Below are positions 36,409 through 45,689 of a stretch of 64,000 nucleotides of DNA, in pieces. Positions within the stretch are counted from its first letter, which is position 1; the number at the start of each line of letters is the position of its first letter. This DNA is from Candidatus Aenigmatarchaeota archaeon. Lineage in GTDB: Archaea > Aenigmatarchaeota > Aenigmatarchaeia > GW2011-AR5. A model generated the notes under the pieces. That model was not told the origin of the DNA. It made no database searches and worked only from the letters and a program-made list of their open reading frames with translations. The stretch is taken from positions 1 through 64,000 of the forward strand of contig JACPJW010000001.1 in assembly GCA_016187335.1 (NCBI GenBank), written 5' to 3'. A program made the position numbers and the translations under genes.

Positions 36409-37533
36409 TTAATGTTTAAATTCGTCAGAATGACGACCATAGTAATTGCCTTTATTCATTTTATCTATAACTTCCCACATAATATCTCCAAATATTCTTG
36501 ATTTATCAATATTTTTAAAATTCCTGCCAGCCGGTGTGTAGCCCTTGAACCCTTGCACGGGTGGTATCATTCCGGATTTAAAATACAATATACCAAAATC
36601 AAATTTGTTGGATGTTTTGGGGTTGAGCCACACATCTATTCCAAATTCGGTTATATCGTATCTTATTCCTCCGAATGTTATTGGCCACCTTCCTTGAACA
36701 GATGGATCATATTTGTATACTCTTAAGTTAGGTCTATTTTCATTTATTGGAAAGTTTATTTGCTCTAAGCCTCTAATTCCTTTTACAGTTATTACGAAAT
36801 CAGTATTCAAATTCGTAGGGGCATCTGGGTAGTACTTATTTCCAATGACATTCATCAACAATTCCCCATCGGGCCCAATAGCTCTGAGTGGGAAAGGCTT
36901 TTGCCCTCTTCTCAGGAAAGAAATATCATAACCTATGCACGTTGCTGTAGTTTCTCCTGATTCAACAGCTTTTACATAAGGCGCGGCATGACTGGAAAAT
37001 TTCAGTACTCTCTGTCTTCTTGGACCTAAAAATAATTCTTTGAATTTAGGGTTGCTCGCATTCCATGTTTCTCCTGATTTGGCGCAAGGGAAAATAGTTC
37101 CTTCTTCCTGCGGTGCCGGTTGAGTCGTTACAGGCTGCTGCCCGTCTGCCGGAGGCTGGTCCTGCCCCGCTCCCGGTGGTGCAGGCGGCGGCGCATCCGT
37201 GCCCTGGCTTGCGCTAATATTCGGTGCGTAAAGCATTAGACCGGCTAAACCTGTGGCAAGCGCTCCGGCGCGTCTTTTTTGTGATGGTCTGTTCCGCAGT
37301 ACGTCTCCTTCAACTTGAGCTGCCAGCTTCAATCCCGATAAATAATCAGAAACAGCTTTGCTTTGCCTTCCGGCGTATTTTGAAAAAGTGTCCGCTTTAT
37401 CTAAGGCATAAGTTCCAGCAGTTCTGGCTTGGCTTGACAAGTAACCTCTCACTGCGCCTAAGTAACCTCTTGGATTTCCGCTGACGATTTCTGCCCTGAC
37501 CTGCTCTTCTGGCATTCGTATACTTATTCCCAT
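36409..37533 (-). CDS. Hypothetical membrane-anchored protein, tandem paralog
   Basis: Same architecture and linker as 35237-36388. Confidence 0.75.
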   Translation of the reverse strand: MGISIRMPEEQVRAEIVSGNPRGYLGAVRGYLSSQARTAGTYALDKADTFSKYAGRQSKAVSDYLSGLKLAAQVEGDVLRNRPSQKRRAGALATGLAGLMLYAPNISASQGTDAPPPAPPGAGQDQPPADGQQPVTTQPAPQEEGTIFPCAKSGETWNASNPKFKELFLGPRRQRVLKFSSHAAPYVKAVESGETTATCIGYDISFLRRGQKPFPLRAIGPDGELLMNVIGNKYYPDAPTNLNTDFVITVKGIRGLEQINFPINENRPNLRVYKYDPSVQGRWPITFGGIRYDITEFGIDVWLNPKTSNKFDFGILYFKSGMIPPVQGFKGYTPAGRNFKNIDKSRIFGDIMWEVIDKMNKGNYYGRHSDEFKH

Positions 37534-37643
37534 CTCTACCCTCTCTTAACCACTCTTAAGTGACAAGTATAAATATATCCGCGGCGGTATATAAAGTTTC
37601 CGCCTGGACCCTGTTTATATAGGGCTTGAAAGGATTAAAGGGT

Positions 37644-38015
37644 TTAGACCTTCAGCGGAATTACTGGGATGCCCAGTTTCCCGTATTTCCTGTCAGAGCT
37701 TATTATGGGCTGGCCTTCTGCCAGGACGGCGTTGAAGGCGTCAAAAACGCCCAGATTGTTATTCTTTATGTGATTTACAATTTCCATGCCCTGCTTTATC
37801 GTCATTCCTTTTATGTCAGCTATCTGGAAAATGGAAGCGACGATATTTTCCATGTCCAAATTCTCCCTTTTCGCGACAAGTAGGAGTCCGGCCAGCGTAA
37901 GGACAGAAGTTTCTATACTGCCTTTGTATTCCTCGTAAATCTTCTTGGCGCCCGTCTTCAGCCAGTCTTCCTTTTTTATCATGGCGAGAAAAAAATCCGT
38001 GTCCGCGTAAACCAT
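37644..38015 (-). CDS. vapC: VapC/PIN toxin
   Basis: YADTDFF, TSVLTL, FDAFNA, IISSD; 1 nt downstream of the AbrB-type gene. Confidence 0.85.
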   Translation of the reverse strand: MVYADTDFFLAMIKKEDWLKTGAKKIYEEYKGSIETSVLTLAGLLLVAKRENLDMENIVASIFQIADIKGMTIKQGMEIVNHIKNNNLGVFDAFNAVLAEGQPIISSDRKYGKLGIPVIPLKV

Positions 38016-38016
38016 G

Positions 38017-38265
38017 CTATCTTCCTGCCTCTTTCAGCGCTTCCTCGTACGCCTCCTTTCGGAGCTGCTTTATCGTCTTGCCCTTTAGCTTTTCCCCTTC
38101 CTTCTGCAGTGTTTTTACCGGGTCCTTTGGCAGCGGCTTCAGCAGTATCCCTTCTTTTTTGATTGGGATTACAACAAATTCGTCGGTTCCGAATTCTTCA
38201 ACAACATCCCTGCTTAATGTAATTCTCCTTCTTTCGTCCATTCTTGTTTTTGTCATGCTTTTCAC
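38017..38265 (-). CDS. vapB: AbrB/MazE-type antitoxin (VapB)
   Basis: TRMDERRRITL...GILLKP swapped-hairpin pattern; operonic with the PIN gene. Confidence 0.8.
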   Translation of the reverse strand: MKSMTKTRMDERRRITLSRDVVEEFGTDEFVVIPIKKEGILLKPLPKDPVKTLQKEGEKLKGKTIKQLRKEAYEEALKEAGR

Positions 38266-38327
38266 CCACGTATATTCAATATGTGGGTAAATATTTAAAT
38301 TTATGGGTAATTTAAACTATAACCCAT
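38264..38327. promoter_or_regulatory. Putative vapBC operator and promoter
   Basis: ACCCAC-N13-GTGGGT (38264-38288) and ATGGGT-N13-ACCCAT (38303-38327) flank TTTAAA boxes. Confidence 0.5.
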
Positions 38328-38415
38328 TATTGAACTTTTCTCAGAAATCACATCACAATCACACAAGCTCACGCTTATATACCGCCCACGACAAAAATTT
38401 ATCTGAGGTGGATAC

Positions 38416-38700
38416 ATGCCGTTATTGAGCGTACATAACATGGATTTGCTCCTTGTGCTGTTCGCGGTCCTCTATTTGGGAAGGGCAGCGCTGTTCAGGG
38501 ATAAGGTGCCGAACGGGTTCAAGTGGCTCGCGGCCGGAGGCCTGGTTATACTCGTGCCTGTGGGCCTGTCAGCTGTGAACTGGACACTGCTGGGAATGCT
38601 CGAGGTGTTCCGCACGGTCGACACGTGGCTGAGCCTGCTTGGAGGACTTCTTATCCTGGCCGGTTCCGTCAAGACCCTGATGGAGCTCTTCAGCAAGTGA
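38416..38700 (+). CDS. Small membrane protein
   Basis: GAGGTG SD; three hydrophobic helices. Confidence 0.65.
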   Translation: MPLLSVHNMDLLLVLFAVLYLGRAALFRDKVPNGFKWLAAGGLVILVPVGLSAVNWTLLGMLEVFRTVDTWLSLLGGLLILAGSVKTLMELFSK

Positions 38701-38862
38701 CCCTTTTCACGAGTAAACGCGAAAAAGCGTCAACGGAAAAGTATATGGCCCGGACAGAATTGAGAACGCTGACAGTTTTTTGCTTTTCTTTTTTCAATAA
38801 ATATCTGCGGGCTAAAGCCCGAATGAGACAGGAAGCTGAGCATTCGCTTCCGCTTGTAGATA

Positions 38863-39504
38863 ATGATTTTTATGCCTAAAAGAAAACCGAAGCGGGCAGT
38901 GAAAAAGAAAAGCCCCCTTTACGTTATCCTTGTTCTAGGCGTCATCGCGCTGTTCGCTGTTGTGTATTCGTACCGCGGCGCTGCGCTGGTGAATGCCAGC
39001 GCGGACGACGATCCTTCGCTGGGCAGTGAAAACGCCCCTGTCACGATGATAATGTTCAGCAATTACGCCTGTTCGTTCAGCAGGGACTTCTGGCAGGACA
39101 CCTTCCCGCTTCTGAAGCAGCAGTATATAGACACGGGCAAAATCAGGTTCGTTTTCAGGGATTTCCCCGTTCAGACGCCAGGCGTCATTGATTCCTCGCT
39201 CGCTGCGGAGTGCGCCGACGACCAGGGGAAATTCTGGGAATACAACAATGCGCTTGTCAATTCCGTCCGCATCGACAAGGACAGCCTGAAAGAATACGCT
39301 TCTGATCTTGGCCTGGATACGGAACAATTCAACAGCTGCCTCGATTCGCAGCAGCGTCTGGCAGAAGTCAGGAAGGACTTCAGCAACGGCGTTTCCTACG
39401 GCGTCCGCGGCACGCCCACGTTCTTCATCAACGGCCTGCGCGTCGAGGGCGGCGAGAGCTTTTCGTTCTTCGCGCAGCTGATTGAGAAGGAATTGGCGAA
39501 GTAA
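38863..39504 (+). CDS. DsbA-like thioredoxin-fold protein
   Basis: N-terminal TM, APVTMIMFSNYACSFS (single-Cys CxxS variant), FRDFP, GVRGTPTFFING. Confidence 0.85.
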   Translation: MIFMPKRKPKRAVKKKSPLYVILVLGVIALFAVVYSYRGAALVNASADDDPSLGSENAPVTMIMFSNYACSFSRDFWQDTFPLLKQQYIDTGKIRFVFRDFPVQTPGVIDSSLAAECADDQGKFWEYNNALVNSVRIDKDSLKEYASDLGLDTEQFNSCLDSQQRLAEVRKDFSNGVSYGVRGTPTFFINGLRVEGGESFSFFAQLIEKELAK

Positions 39505-39544
39505 ATGGCTGATTTTCTCTAGACGGCCCTCATCGTTAATGCAG

Positions 39545-40171
39545 TTACCTGATTTCTCTCAGTATTTTTTCCTTGAGCATCTTTATTTTCCTGGCGTCTT
39601 CTATTCCCAGGTAGCTGAACTCGCTTCTTGCGCCCCGGACTATTTCTTTCAGCCTTCTGGGATAATTTTCCATGCCGTATTTTTCCGCGGTGGCAATATA
39701 ATTTTTCAGGCTTATTCCGGAATTCAGCAGCAGGTTAAGTATATCAACCCTGTCCTTCTGCCCTTTTATGGAGTCTTTTCTTGCAAGCTCGGCCTGCTGT
39801 TTCAGGATCAGCAGTATTTCAGGCTTCGGCACCTTGAATCCTTCTATTCTTATTGTATTCTTTTTCACCGCTTCTGCGGGAATAATAAACTTCGAATAAA
39901 ACGGCACGTATATGTCCACGGATATTTCGTTTATTTTCGTTTCGTATTTTTTCAGGAAATCCGTTTTCTTAATCCCGTGCGCCAGCTTAAGCTTTTCCAA
40001 TCCTTCAAAGTCGACTATTATGTCGATGTCCTTGGACTTTATTGCCTTTGTGTGCAGGTAAACTGCCCAGCCTCCTATCAGGATGAAATCTATCTCCTTT
40101 GCCAGCGATATCAGAACGTCCCAGCTCCTGTCAACTATAAGGTCATCCCAGAACTCGCTTGATGTGCTCAT
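39545..40171 (-). CDS. Nucleotidyltransferase (AbiEii-like/type IV toxin candidate)
   Basis: LIGGWAV...SKDIDIIVD Pol-beta NTase motif; KDRVD; overlaps the upstream wHTH gene. Confidence 0.75.
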   Translation of the reverse strand: MSTSSEFWDDLIVDRSWDVLISLAKEIDFILIGGWAVYLHTKAIKSKDIDIIVDFEGLEKLKLAHGIKKTDFLKKYETKINEISVDIYVPFYSKFIIPAEAVKKNTIRIEGFKVPKPEILLILKQQAELARKDSIKGQKDRVDILNLLLNSGISLKNYIATAEKYGMENYPRRLKEIVRGARSEFSYLGIEDARKIKMLKEKILREIR

Positions 40172-40730
40172 CTATCTTCGCCTCCAATGCCTTCAGGAAT
40201 TCCTGCGCGTACCATGTGTTTATGTTCCAGAGATCAGCGAAAAGCTGGGCCATCGGCACGGATTTGAATTTCCTCAGGTGCTCATCCATTCTAAGGACGA
40301 TGACATTCGGCTTCCCTTTTTTCAACGGGAACCTTTCAGCAATGTGCTCGTCGCCGTAGACGTAAACCTCGCCGTAATCAGACGGCACTGAACGGAAAAG
40401 CATCTTGTAGCCGGAATACGCTGTAAATACCACCTCAGGCATGCTTTTCTCTATCTCTTCAACAGGCGCATCAGAATGCGTTTGGTAAACAACATCCCTT
40501 TGCAGCTTCCTGACCGAGGCCCAGTAAAGCAGCATCTTCTTTGCATCCAGTACCCTGAAGCCCATGTGCTTTTTTTCTATGGCGCCCATGCTTTCCAGCG
40601 GCTTCAGTGCGTGGTTAACGCTGCCTATTGATATGCCGCATTCCTCAGCAAGCTTTTTCTGGCTGAAGAAATTCTTCTTCTTTTCCAGCAACTGGAATAA
40701 AATCTCGCGATAAACCCGCTCAATTTTCAT
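40143..40730 (-). CDS. Winged-HTH protein (AbiEi-like antitoxin candidate)
   Basis: SQKKLAEECGISIGSVNHAL HTH; C-terminal QLFADLWN; paired with the NTase. Confidence 0.75.
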   Translation of the reverse strand: MKIERVYREILFQLLEKKKNFFSQKKLAEECGISIGSVNHALKPLESMGAIEKKHMGFRVLDAKKMLLYWASVRKLQRDVVYQTHSDAPVEEIEKSMPEVVFTAYSGYKMLFRSVPSDYGEVYVYGDEHIAERFPLKKGKPNVIVLRMDEHLRKFKSVPMAQLFADLWNINTWYAQEFLKALEAKIDEHIKRVLG

Positions 40731-40767
40731 TTATTTCACTATTTCATTTTTATAATAGATAATTATT

Positions 40768-40797
40768 TAAAGGTTTCAAATTTTATTGAAACCTTTA
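40768..40797. promoter_or_regulatory. Perfect 12-bp inverted repeat, putative autoregulatory operator
   Basis: TAAAGGTTTCAA-N6-TTGAAACCTTTA, 38 nt upstream of the wHTH start. Confidence 0.6.
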
Positions 40798-40895
40798 TAT
40801 TTTAATCAAAAAACAAATTGAAAGCAACAACCGATGCCATGCCATAAAGTTACTAATACAAATATTTCAATCTAGCTAAATTGTATTAGTAACTT

Positions 40896-42152
40896 CTACC
40901 CGCCCACAATCGCCGGCCCTATGAAGTTGAAAATAAGCAGGAAAACCATGAACATAGTTACTAACTTTACAATGAAAGCGTTGTTCTTTGTCAGGGCGCC
41001 GGTGAGCTCCTCGAAAAGCAGGCCTCCGTCCAGGGGTTTTATGGGAAGCAGGTTCACGATGCCGATGGCCACGCTGAACAGGAACGCCCAGAAGAGGATC
41101 AGGTAGAGCCATAAAGGCCCGGTAAAGCTGCCGGCAGGCACGGGGTTGGCAATCCCGAGCATCGCCTTGCCCTCCTGCTGCGGATGCTCTGCCAGCGTTA
41201 TTGTATAGATTTTTTCTTTGTCGCCCTGGACAACAAACCCTCCGCCGCCGAAAACGCTGCTTAAGCTGGGGCTGAGTTTTGCCGCAGGCGCGAAATCCTT
41301 GTTGCTGAGCGTTTTCACAGAAATGACATCGCCCGGCTTCTTTTCGCCGAGCAGTCCGGCTATGTCCTCGTGCGTTACAATCTTTTTGCCGTCTATTTCA
41401 ACTATATTGCCGCTCATGTTCGCATTGTAAGCAGGCGTATTGTTCAGGACGAAAAATGCGACGCCGTTCTGCGTGAACGCGAAAGACAGCCATGCGCTGA
41501 GCAGCACCAGAATGATAAAGCCTACAACGAAATTTGCAAATGAGCCCGCGGCGTACACCTTCAGCTTTGTGCTTCGCTTCGCCCGCTGCAGCTGCTTCTC
41601 GTCCGGCTCAACAAAAGCGCCCGGCAGGAACAAAAGGAACAGCCAGCCGACGGATTTTATCCTTATCTTATCAAGCCTGCACACGATGCCATGGGCTGTC
41701 TCGTGCGGAAACATGACAACAGCGACGCCGATAACCCATATCCACCACGGGATGATGAACAAACCCGGCAGCGTGACAGGTGTAGAAGCGGGCCCGGGCA
41801 GAAGCAGTCCTACGCCGGGTGTTTTTGTCGCGCCCGTGTATATCCTGAACGCCTGCTCCATAAGCATTAACGAGCCCAGGATCATCGCGGCTGTTGCGAC
41901 AAAAACGCCAAGCAAAGCAAGCCTGTTCCAGAATCTAGGGTGCTTCCTTGCTATGCCGTCAATAACGCCGATGCCTTTTCTTGTCCTGTGTATGATCACA
42001 ATGCCTTCCCTTTTCACGGAGCCGCGCTTCATGTAGATGAACAAGGCTATGCTGATCAGGAAGAGGAAGAATAATAGTATGTCCATTGAAATGAAACCAA
42101 GAAAGTTCGCTCCCAGCAGCGCAGCAACGACAAGCGCAAAAACGTAGAACAT
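40896..42152 (-). CDS. Site-2 protease (M50) with PDZ-like insert
   Basis: PHETAH, GAFVEPD, AAGSFAN, NLLPIKPLDGG. Confidence 0.93.
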   Translation of the reverse strand: MFYVFALVVAALLGANFLGFISMDILLFFLFLISIALFIYMKRGSVKREGIVIIHRTRKGIGVIDGIARKHPRFWNRLALLGVFVATAAMILGSLMLMEQAFRIYTGATKTPGVGLLLPGPASTPVTLPGLFIIPWWIWVIGVAVVMFPHETAHGIVCRLDKIRIKSVGWLFLLFLPGAFVEPDEKQLQRAKRSTKLKVYAAGSFANFVVGFIILVLLSAWLSFAFTQNGVAFFVLNNTPAYNANMSGNIVEIDGKKIVTHEDIAGLLGEKKPGDVISVKTLSNKDFAPAAKLSPSLSSVFGGGGFVVQGDKEKIYTITLAEHPQQEGKAMLGIANPVPAGSFTGPLWLYLILFWAFLFSVAIGIVNLLPIKPLDGGLLFEELTGALTKNNAFIVKLVTMFMVFLLIFNFIGPAIVGG

Positions 42153-42205
42153 GACTTTAACATAGAGGCAGAATGCTAATAAAGATATAAAATAAGTTCG
42201 GTAAA

Positions 42206-43099
42206 TTGATAGCTATGAGCTGGTTTTTGTTCGTGCTTCTTGCCGTCAATTTGTGGTCATTTTCCAATATAATTGACAAGCACGTCGTGAGCAATCACGT
42301 AAAGAATCCCATGATACCTATAAGTGTGCAGGCTCTCGGCATAGCGGTTTATATTGTCTTTATAGCGCTCATATGGGGAATTTCTGTTCCATCACCACTG
42401 TACATAGTACTGTCTCTTTTCAGCGGATTTCTACTGTTTTCCGGAATTGTTCTATACTTCGAGGCTCTGAAGCATGATGAAGTTTCAAGGGTAATGCCTC
42501 TTTTTGCCACTGCCCCGATATTTACGCTGATATTTGCAACATTCTTCCTCGGAGAACTCTTTACGGCAGACAAATATATAGGAATAGCCTTGCTGGTTCT
42601 GGGCTCCGTTATTATCTCATACAGACGCAATCAACAATACAAATTCAGCAAAGGGGTTATTTTCATGCTTGCCTCCTCTCTCATTTTCAGCATTAGCTAC
42701 ATTATAACCAAATATCTTAGCGGTTCAATGGACGTTCTCAATATATTTCTTCTGACGGAACTAGGCCTTGCTTTTTTTGGCGGTATCGTTTTCCTGAAGT
42801 ATAGGTCCGAGATCTCGAGTATTTATAGAAAAAATAGCAAGGTCATCTACTTTATAATTCTGTCTGGAGCGTTCGGTTTCTTTGGCTTCCTGCTATATTT
42901 CAGCGCCATTTCCCAGGGGTCTGTATCTCTTGTAGTCGCTCTGGACAACACCCAATGGGTCTTTGTCCTATTTTATGCAACGCTGATAAGCATCTTCCTG
43001 CCCGGTGTGCTTAAGGAAGATCTGAAAGGCTCTGTTGTGGCTTTAAAATTGCTCGCGATAGCAATCATATTTGCCGGAGCGTATTTGGTATCGGTGTAA
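42206..43099 (+). CDS. EamA/DMT family transporter
   Basis: Ten TM helices in two repeats; EVSRVMPL, FLGE motifs. Confidence 0.85.
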   Translation: MIAMSWFLFVLLAVNLWSFSNIIDKHVVSNHVKNPMIPISVQALGIAVYIVFIALIWGISVPSPLYIVLSLFSGFLLFSGIVLYFEALKHDEVSRVMPLFATAPIFTLIFATFFLGELFTADKYIGIALLVLGSVIISYRRNQQYKFSKGVIFMLASSLIFSISYIITKYLSGSMDVLNIFLLTELGLAFFGGIVFLKYRSEISSIYRKNSKVIYFIILSGAFGFFGFLLYFSAISQGSVSLVVALDNTQWVFVLFYATLISIFLPGVLKEDLKGSVVALKLLAIAIIFAGAYLVSV

Positions 43100-43102
43100 T
43101 TT

Positions 43103-44710
43103 ATGGCTGTTGAACATTTCACATGGGCTGACAAGATCGCTGGCGAACTGCTGAAAAGAGGCAGGAAGCATATAGTTCACGGCATGTGGACGCCTTCCGG
43201 CTACTTTCACATAGGCAACGCGCGCGGCGAGCTGCTTGTTCCTGCGATGGTGGCGCGCGCGGTGAAGGATGCAGGAGGCTCCGCAAGGCAGAATTTCCTG
43301 GCTGACGACTTCGACGACATGGACAAGGTCCCGGCCGGGATTGCTGTAAACGCAGAGAAATACAATGAGTTTTTAGGAAAGCCGCTGAGAGAATGTCCTT
43401 CGCCCGTGAAAGGCTACGACAACTGGGCTTCCTATTTCACGGAACTCGCGCTGGAAGACATGGAAAAGTTTACAGAGAAGCCGAAGTTCCATTCCGTTTA
43501 CGACGAATACAGGAAAGGGAAATACGACAAGGTGATAAGGATTGTTCTGGATAATGCCGGCAAGGTCCGCGACCTGTGGGAAATAATCGCAGGGACGCAC
43601 AAGCCGGAAAACTGGCTGCCCGTGATGGTTGTGTGCGAAAACTGCGGCAGAAGCGCCACGACAAAAGCGGTGTCATGGGACGGAAAAAAACTGGGCTATG
43701 TTTGCAGCGAGGCCCGCGAATACGCAAAGCCATGCCGTCATGAAGGAGAAATTATACCGCGCAAAGGCAACGTCAAACTGCCTTGGCGCGTCCACTGGCC
43801 TGCCACGTGGTTTGTTTTCGGAACCACGTTTGAATCGGCGGGAAAGGACCACTTCACGAAAGGCGGCTCTGTTGATACGGGCCACGCTTTCATGCGCGAA
43901 GTGTTCGGCAAGGAGCCGCCGTATCAGGTCGGCACGGAATTCATCCAGTTAGCCGGCCAGAAAATCTCCGGGTCGCGCGGCAACGTAATCACGCTTAAGG
44001 ACTGGCTGGAAGTGGCTGAGCCTGAGCTTCTCCGCTTCATGATGATTTCCTACCAGCCTTCGACAGCTATAGATTTCGACATGCATTCCGGAAAATTATT
44101 CCTGCTCGAGCAGAGGCACCACGAATCCGAGGCGGTTTATTACGGCCAGAAGTCGCTGGGCGAGAAAAGGGACAGTCAGCTGAAAAGGGAATACATGCTT
44201 TCGCAGGTAAAGAAGCCCGCAAAACAGATGCCTGTCCAGCTGGATTATTCCCTGCTCACGATGGTCGTCCAGATGTATCCGCACAAGAGCATGGGAAAAA
44301 TCATTGAGCTGCTGCATTCCCTGAAAGCCCTGAAGAAAGACAAACTGGCAAAAGGTGATGAGCAGAGAATTTCTGTCATGATAAATCGCGCGCGGGTCTG
44401 GGTGGAAAAATACGCGCCTGATGACTTGAAATTGAAGCTGAACGAAACAGCCCCGCTGCTCAACCTGACTGAAGACGAGATTGACGCCGTGTTCACTTTG
44501 AGCAAAGAGCTGAGCAAGGACTGGACCGAGCAGGACTTGCAGTCAAGGATTTACGAGATAGCGCGCGAGGAAGACGTGGAGCCGAGGAGGTTCTTCCAGA
44601 TTTTGTATAAAATTCTTCTCAACCGCGAATCCGGCCCGCGCCTTGGTCCGTTCATCATCGTGGTCGGGAAAGAAAAAATCAGGGAAATCCTTGATACCCT
44701 GAAGAAGTAA
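43103..44710 (+). CDS. lysS: Class I lysyl-tRNA synthetase
   Basis: TPSGYFHIGN, DDFDDMDKVP, KLPWRVHWP, FESAGKDH, KISGSRG, GPRLGPF. Confidence 0.95.
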   Translation: MAVEHFTWADKIAGELLKRGRKHIVHGMWTPSGYFHIGNARGELLVPAMVARAVKDAGGSARQNFLADDFDDMDKVPAGIAVNAEKYNEFLGKPLRECPSPVKGYDNWASYFTELALEDMEKFTEKPKFHSVYDEYRKGKYDKVIRIVLDNAGKVRDLWEIIAGTHKPENWLPVMVVCENCGRSATTKAVSWDGKKLGYVCSEAREYAKPCRHEGEIIPRKGNVKLPWRVHWPATWFVFGTTFESAGKDHFTKGGSVDTGHAFMREVFGKEPPYQVGTEFIQLAGQKISGSRGNVITLKDWLEVAEPELLRFMMISYQPSTAIDFDMHSGKLFLLEQRHHESEAVYYGQKSLGEKRDSQLKREYMLSQVKKPAKQMPVQLDYSLLTMVVQMYPHKSMGKIIELLHSLKALKKDKLAKGDEQRISVMINRARVWVEKYAPDDLKLKLNETAPLLNLTEDEIDAVFTLSKELSKDWTEQDLQSRIYEIAREEDVEPRRFFQILYKILLNRESGPRLGPFIIVVGKEKIREILDTLKK

Positions 44711-44831
44711 ATTATTCAGCTGATGCAATTCTTTTTATAATTTTTGGTTCTTTCTATAAATAATCTTGGTCCATCTCGCAACGGTTTATTTCTGCTGCAA
44801 AAATTTTGACTTAGCGGGCGCGGTGATCGAT

Positions 44832-44897
44832 ATGAGCAGGGACATTATGGAATTTGATGACGACGACTATCCTGAAGGGTTCGACGACGACGAATAA
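44832..44897 (+). CDS. Putative 21-aa acidic peptide
   Basis: MSRDIMEFDDDDYPEGFDDDE with GGTGA SD 5 nt upstream. Confidence 0.45.
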   Translation: MSRDIMEFDDDDYPEGFDDDE

Positions 44898-44947
44898 ATA
44901 TCTGCGGGATAAAGCTCTGGCAAAAAGTATACTGGATGGTGGTACGG

Positions 44948-45139
44948 ATGCCTAGGTACGGCAAACTGGCGCAGAAATACGTTAAGAGCGCGTTAAAGCG
45001 CATGAAAAAAGGCACCCTGAAAAGCGGCAGGAGCGGGAAAATTGTAAGGAGCAGGAAGCAGGCAATAGCCATAGGGCTTTCGGAAGCGAGGGAAAAAGGC
45101 GGGAAAGTACCTAGACCGCCAAAAAGGAAAGGGAGATAG
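44948..45139 (+). CDS. DUF6496-like small basic protein
   Basis: KKGTLKSGRSGKIVRSRKQAIAIGLSEAREKGGKVP. Confidence 0.8.
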   Translation: MPRYGKLAQKYVKSALKRMKKGTLKSGRSGKIVRSRKQAIAIGLSEAREKGGKVPRPPKRKGR

Positions 45140-45174
45140 AGGACTGTTTCTATTGCGAAAAGATATGACCGTAA

Positions 45175-45342
45175 TTACTTCGGCTGGTACTCGGCGTGCT
45201 TGCTCAGTGCTTCCTTCACCGGCACAGGCGGCCTGTCGCCGGCGTAAATGAAATATCCCATTGAGCAGAGAACAGGATAAGCTCTTTCATCAGGTTTTCT
45301 GTCTGAATTCGCTTCGTTCAGCCTGATGTCCGTCTGAAGCAT
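45175..45342 (-). CDS. Hypothetical small protein
   Basis: 55-aa ORF from an internal ATG; no motif. Confidence 0.3.
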   Translation of the reverse strand: MLQTDIRLNEANSDRKPDERAYPVLCSMGYFIYAGDRPPVPVKEALSKHAEYQPK

Positions 45343-45377
45343 TGTATCATCTTTGATGCAAATCTTAAGAAACAATC

Positions 45378-45557
45378 TTATGGATCCGAGACCCTCAATG
45401 CAAATGCCTCTAATTCTTTTTGGAACAGCGTATAAGCAGCTCTTTCAAAAATGCGCCTGTGAGTTGCATCGTCGGACTTCGCCGCGGCTCTCGCAAAGAA
45501 ATCCGAAGCCTCGTAAAAAACTGCCGCTCCGTCGTCTTCATCTATACGGCCTTCCAT
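45378..45557 (-). CDS. Hypothetical small helical protein
   Basis: Manual translation MEGRIDEDDGAAVFYEASDFFARAAAK...RVSDP (59 aa, below the ORF-track cutoff). Confidence 0.35.
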   Translation of the reverse strand: MEGRIDEDDGAAVFYEASDFFARAAAKSDDATHRRIFERAAYTLFQKELEAFALRVSDP

Positions 45558-45689
45558 TAATGTACGATATAATTTTCATTTTTATCTTCTCAATATAGCA
45601 TGCGCAGATTTCCGGCGGCACATTTCCTGTTACTGTTTCTATCATTAGAGATGGTAAAATAACAAAGCTTAAATGTGCATCGTAATAGT

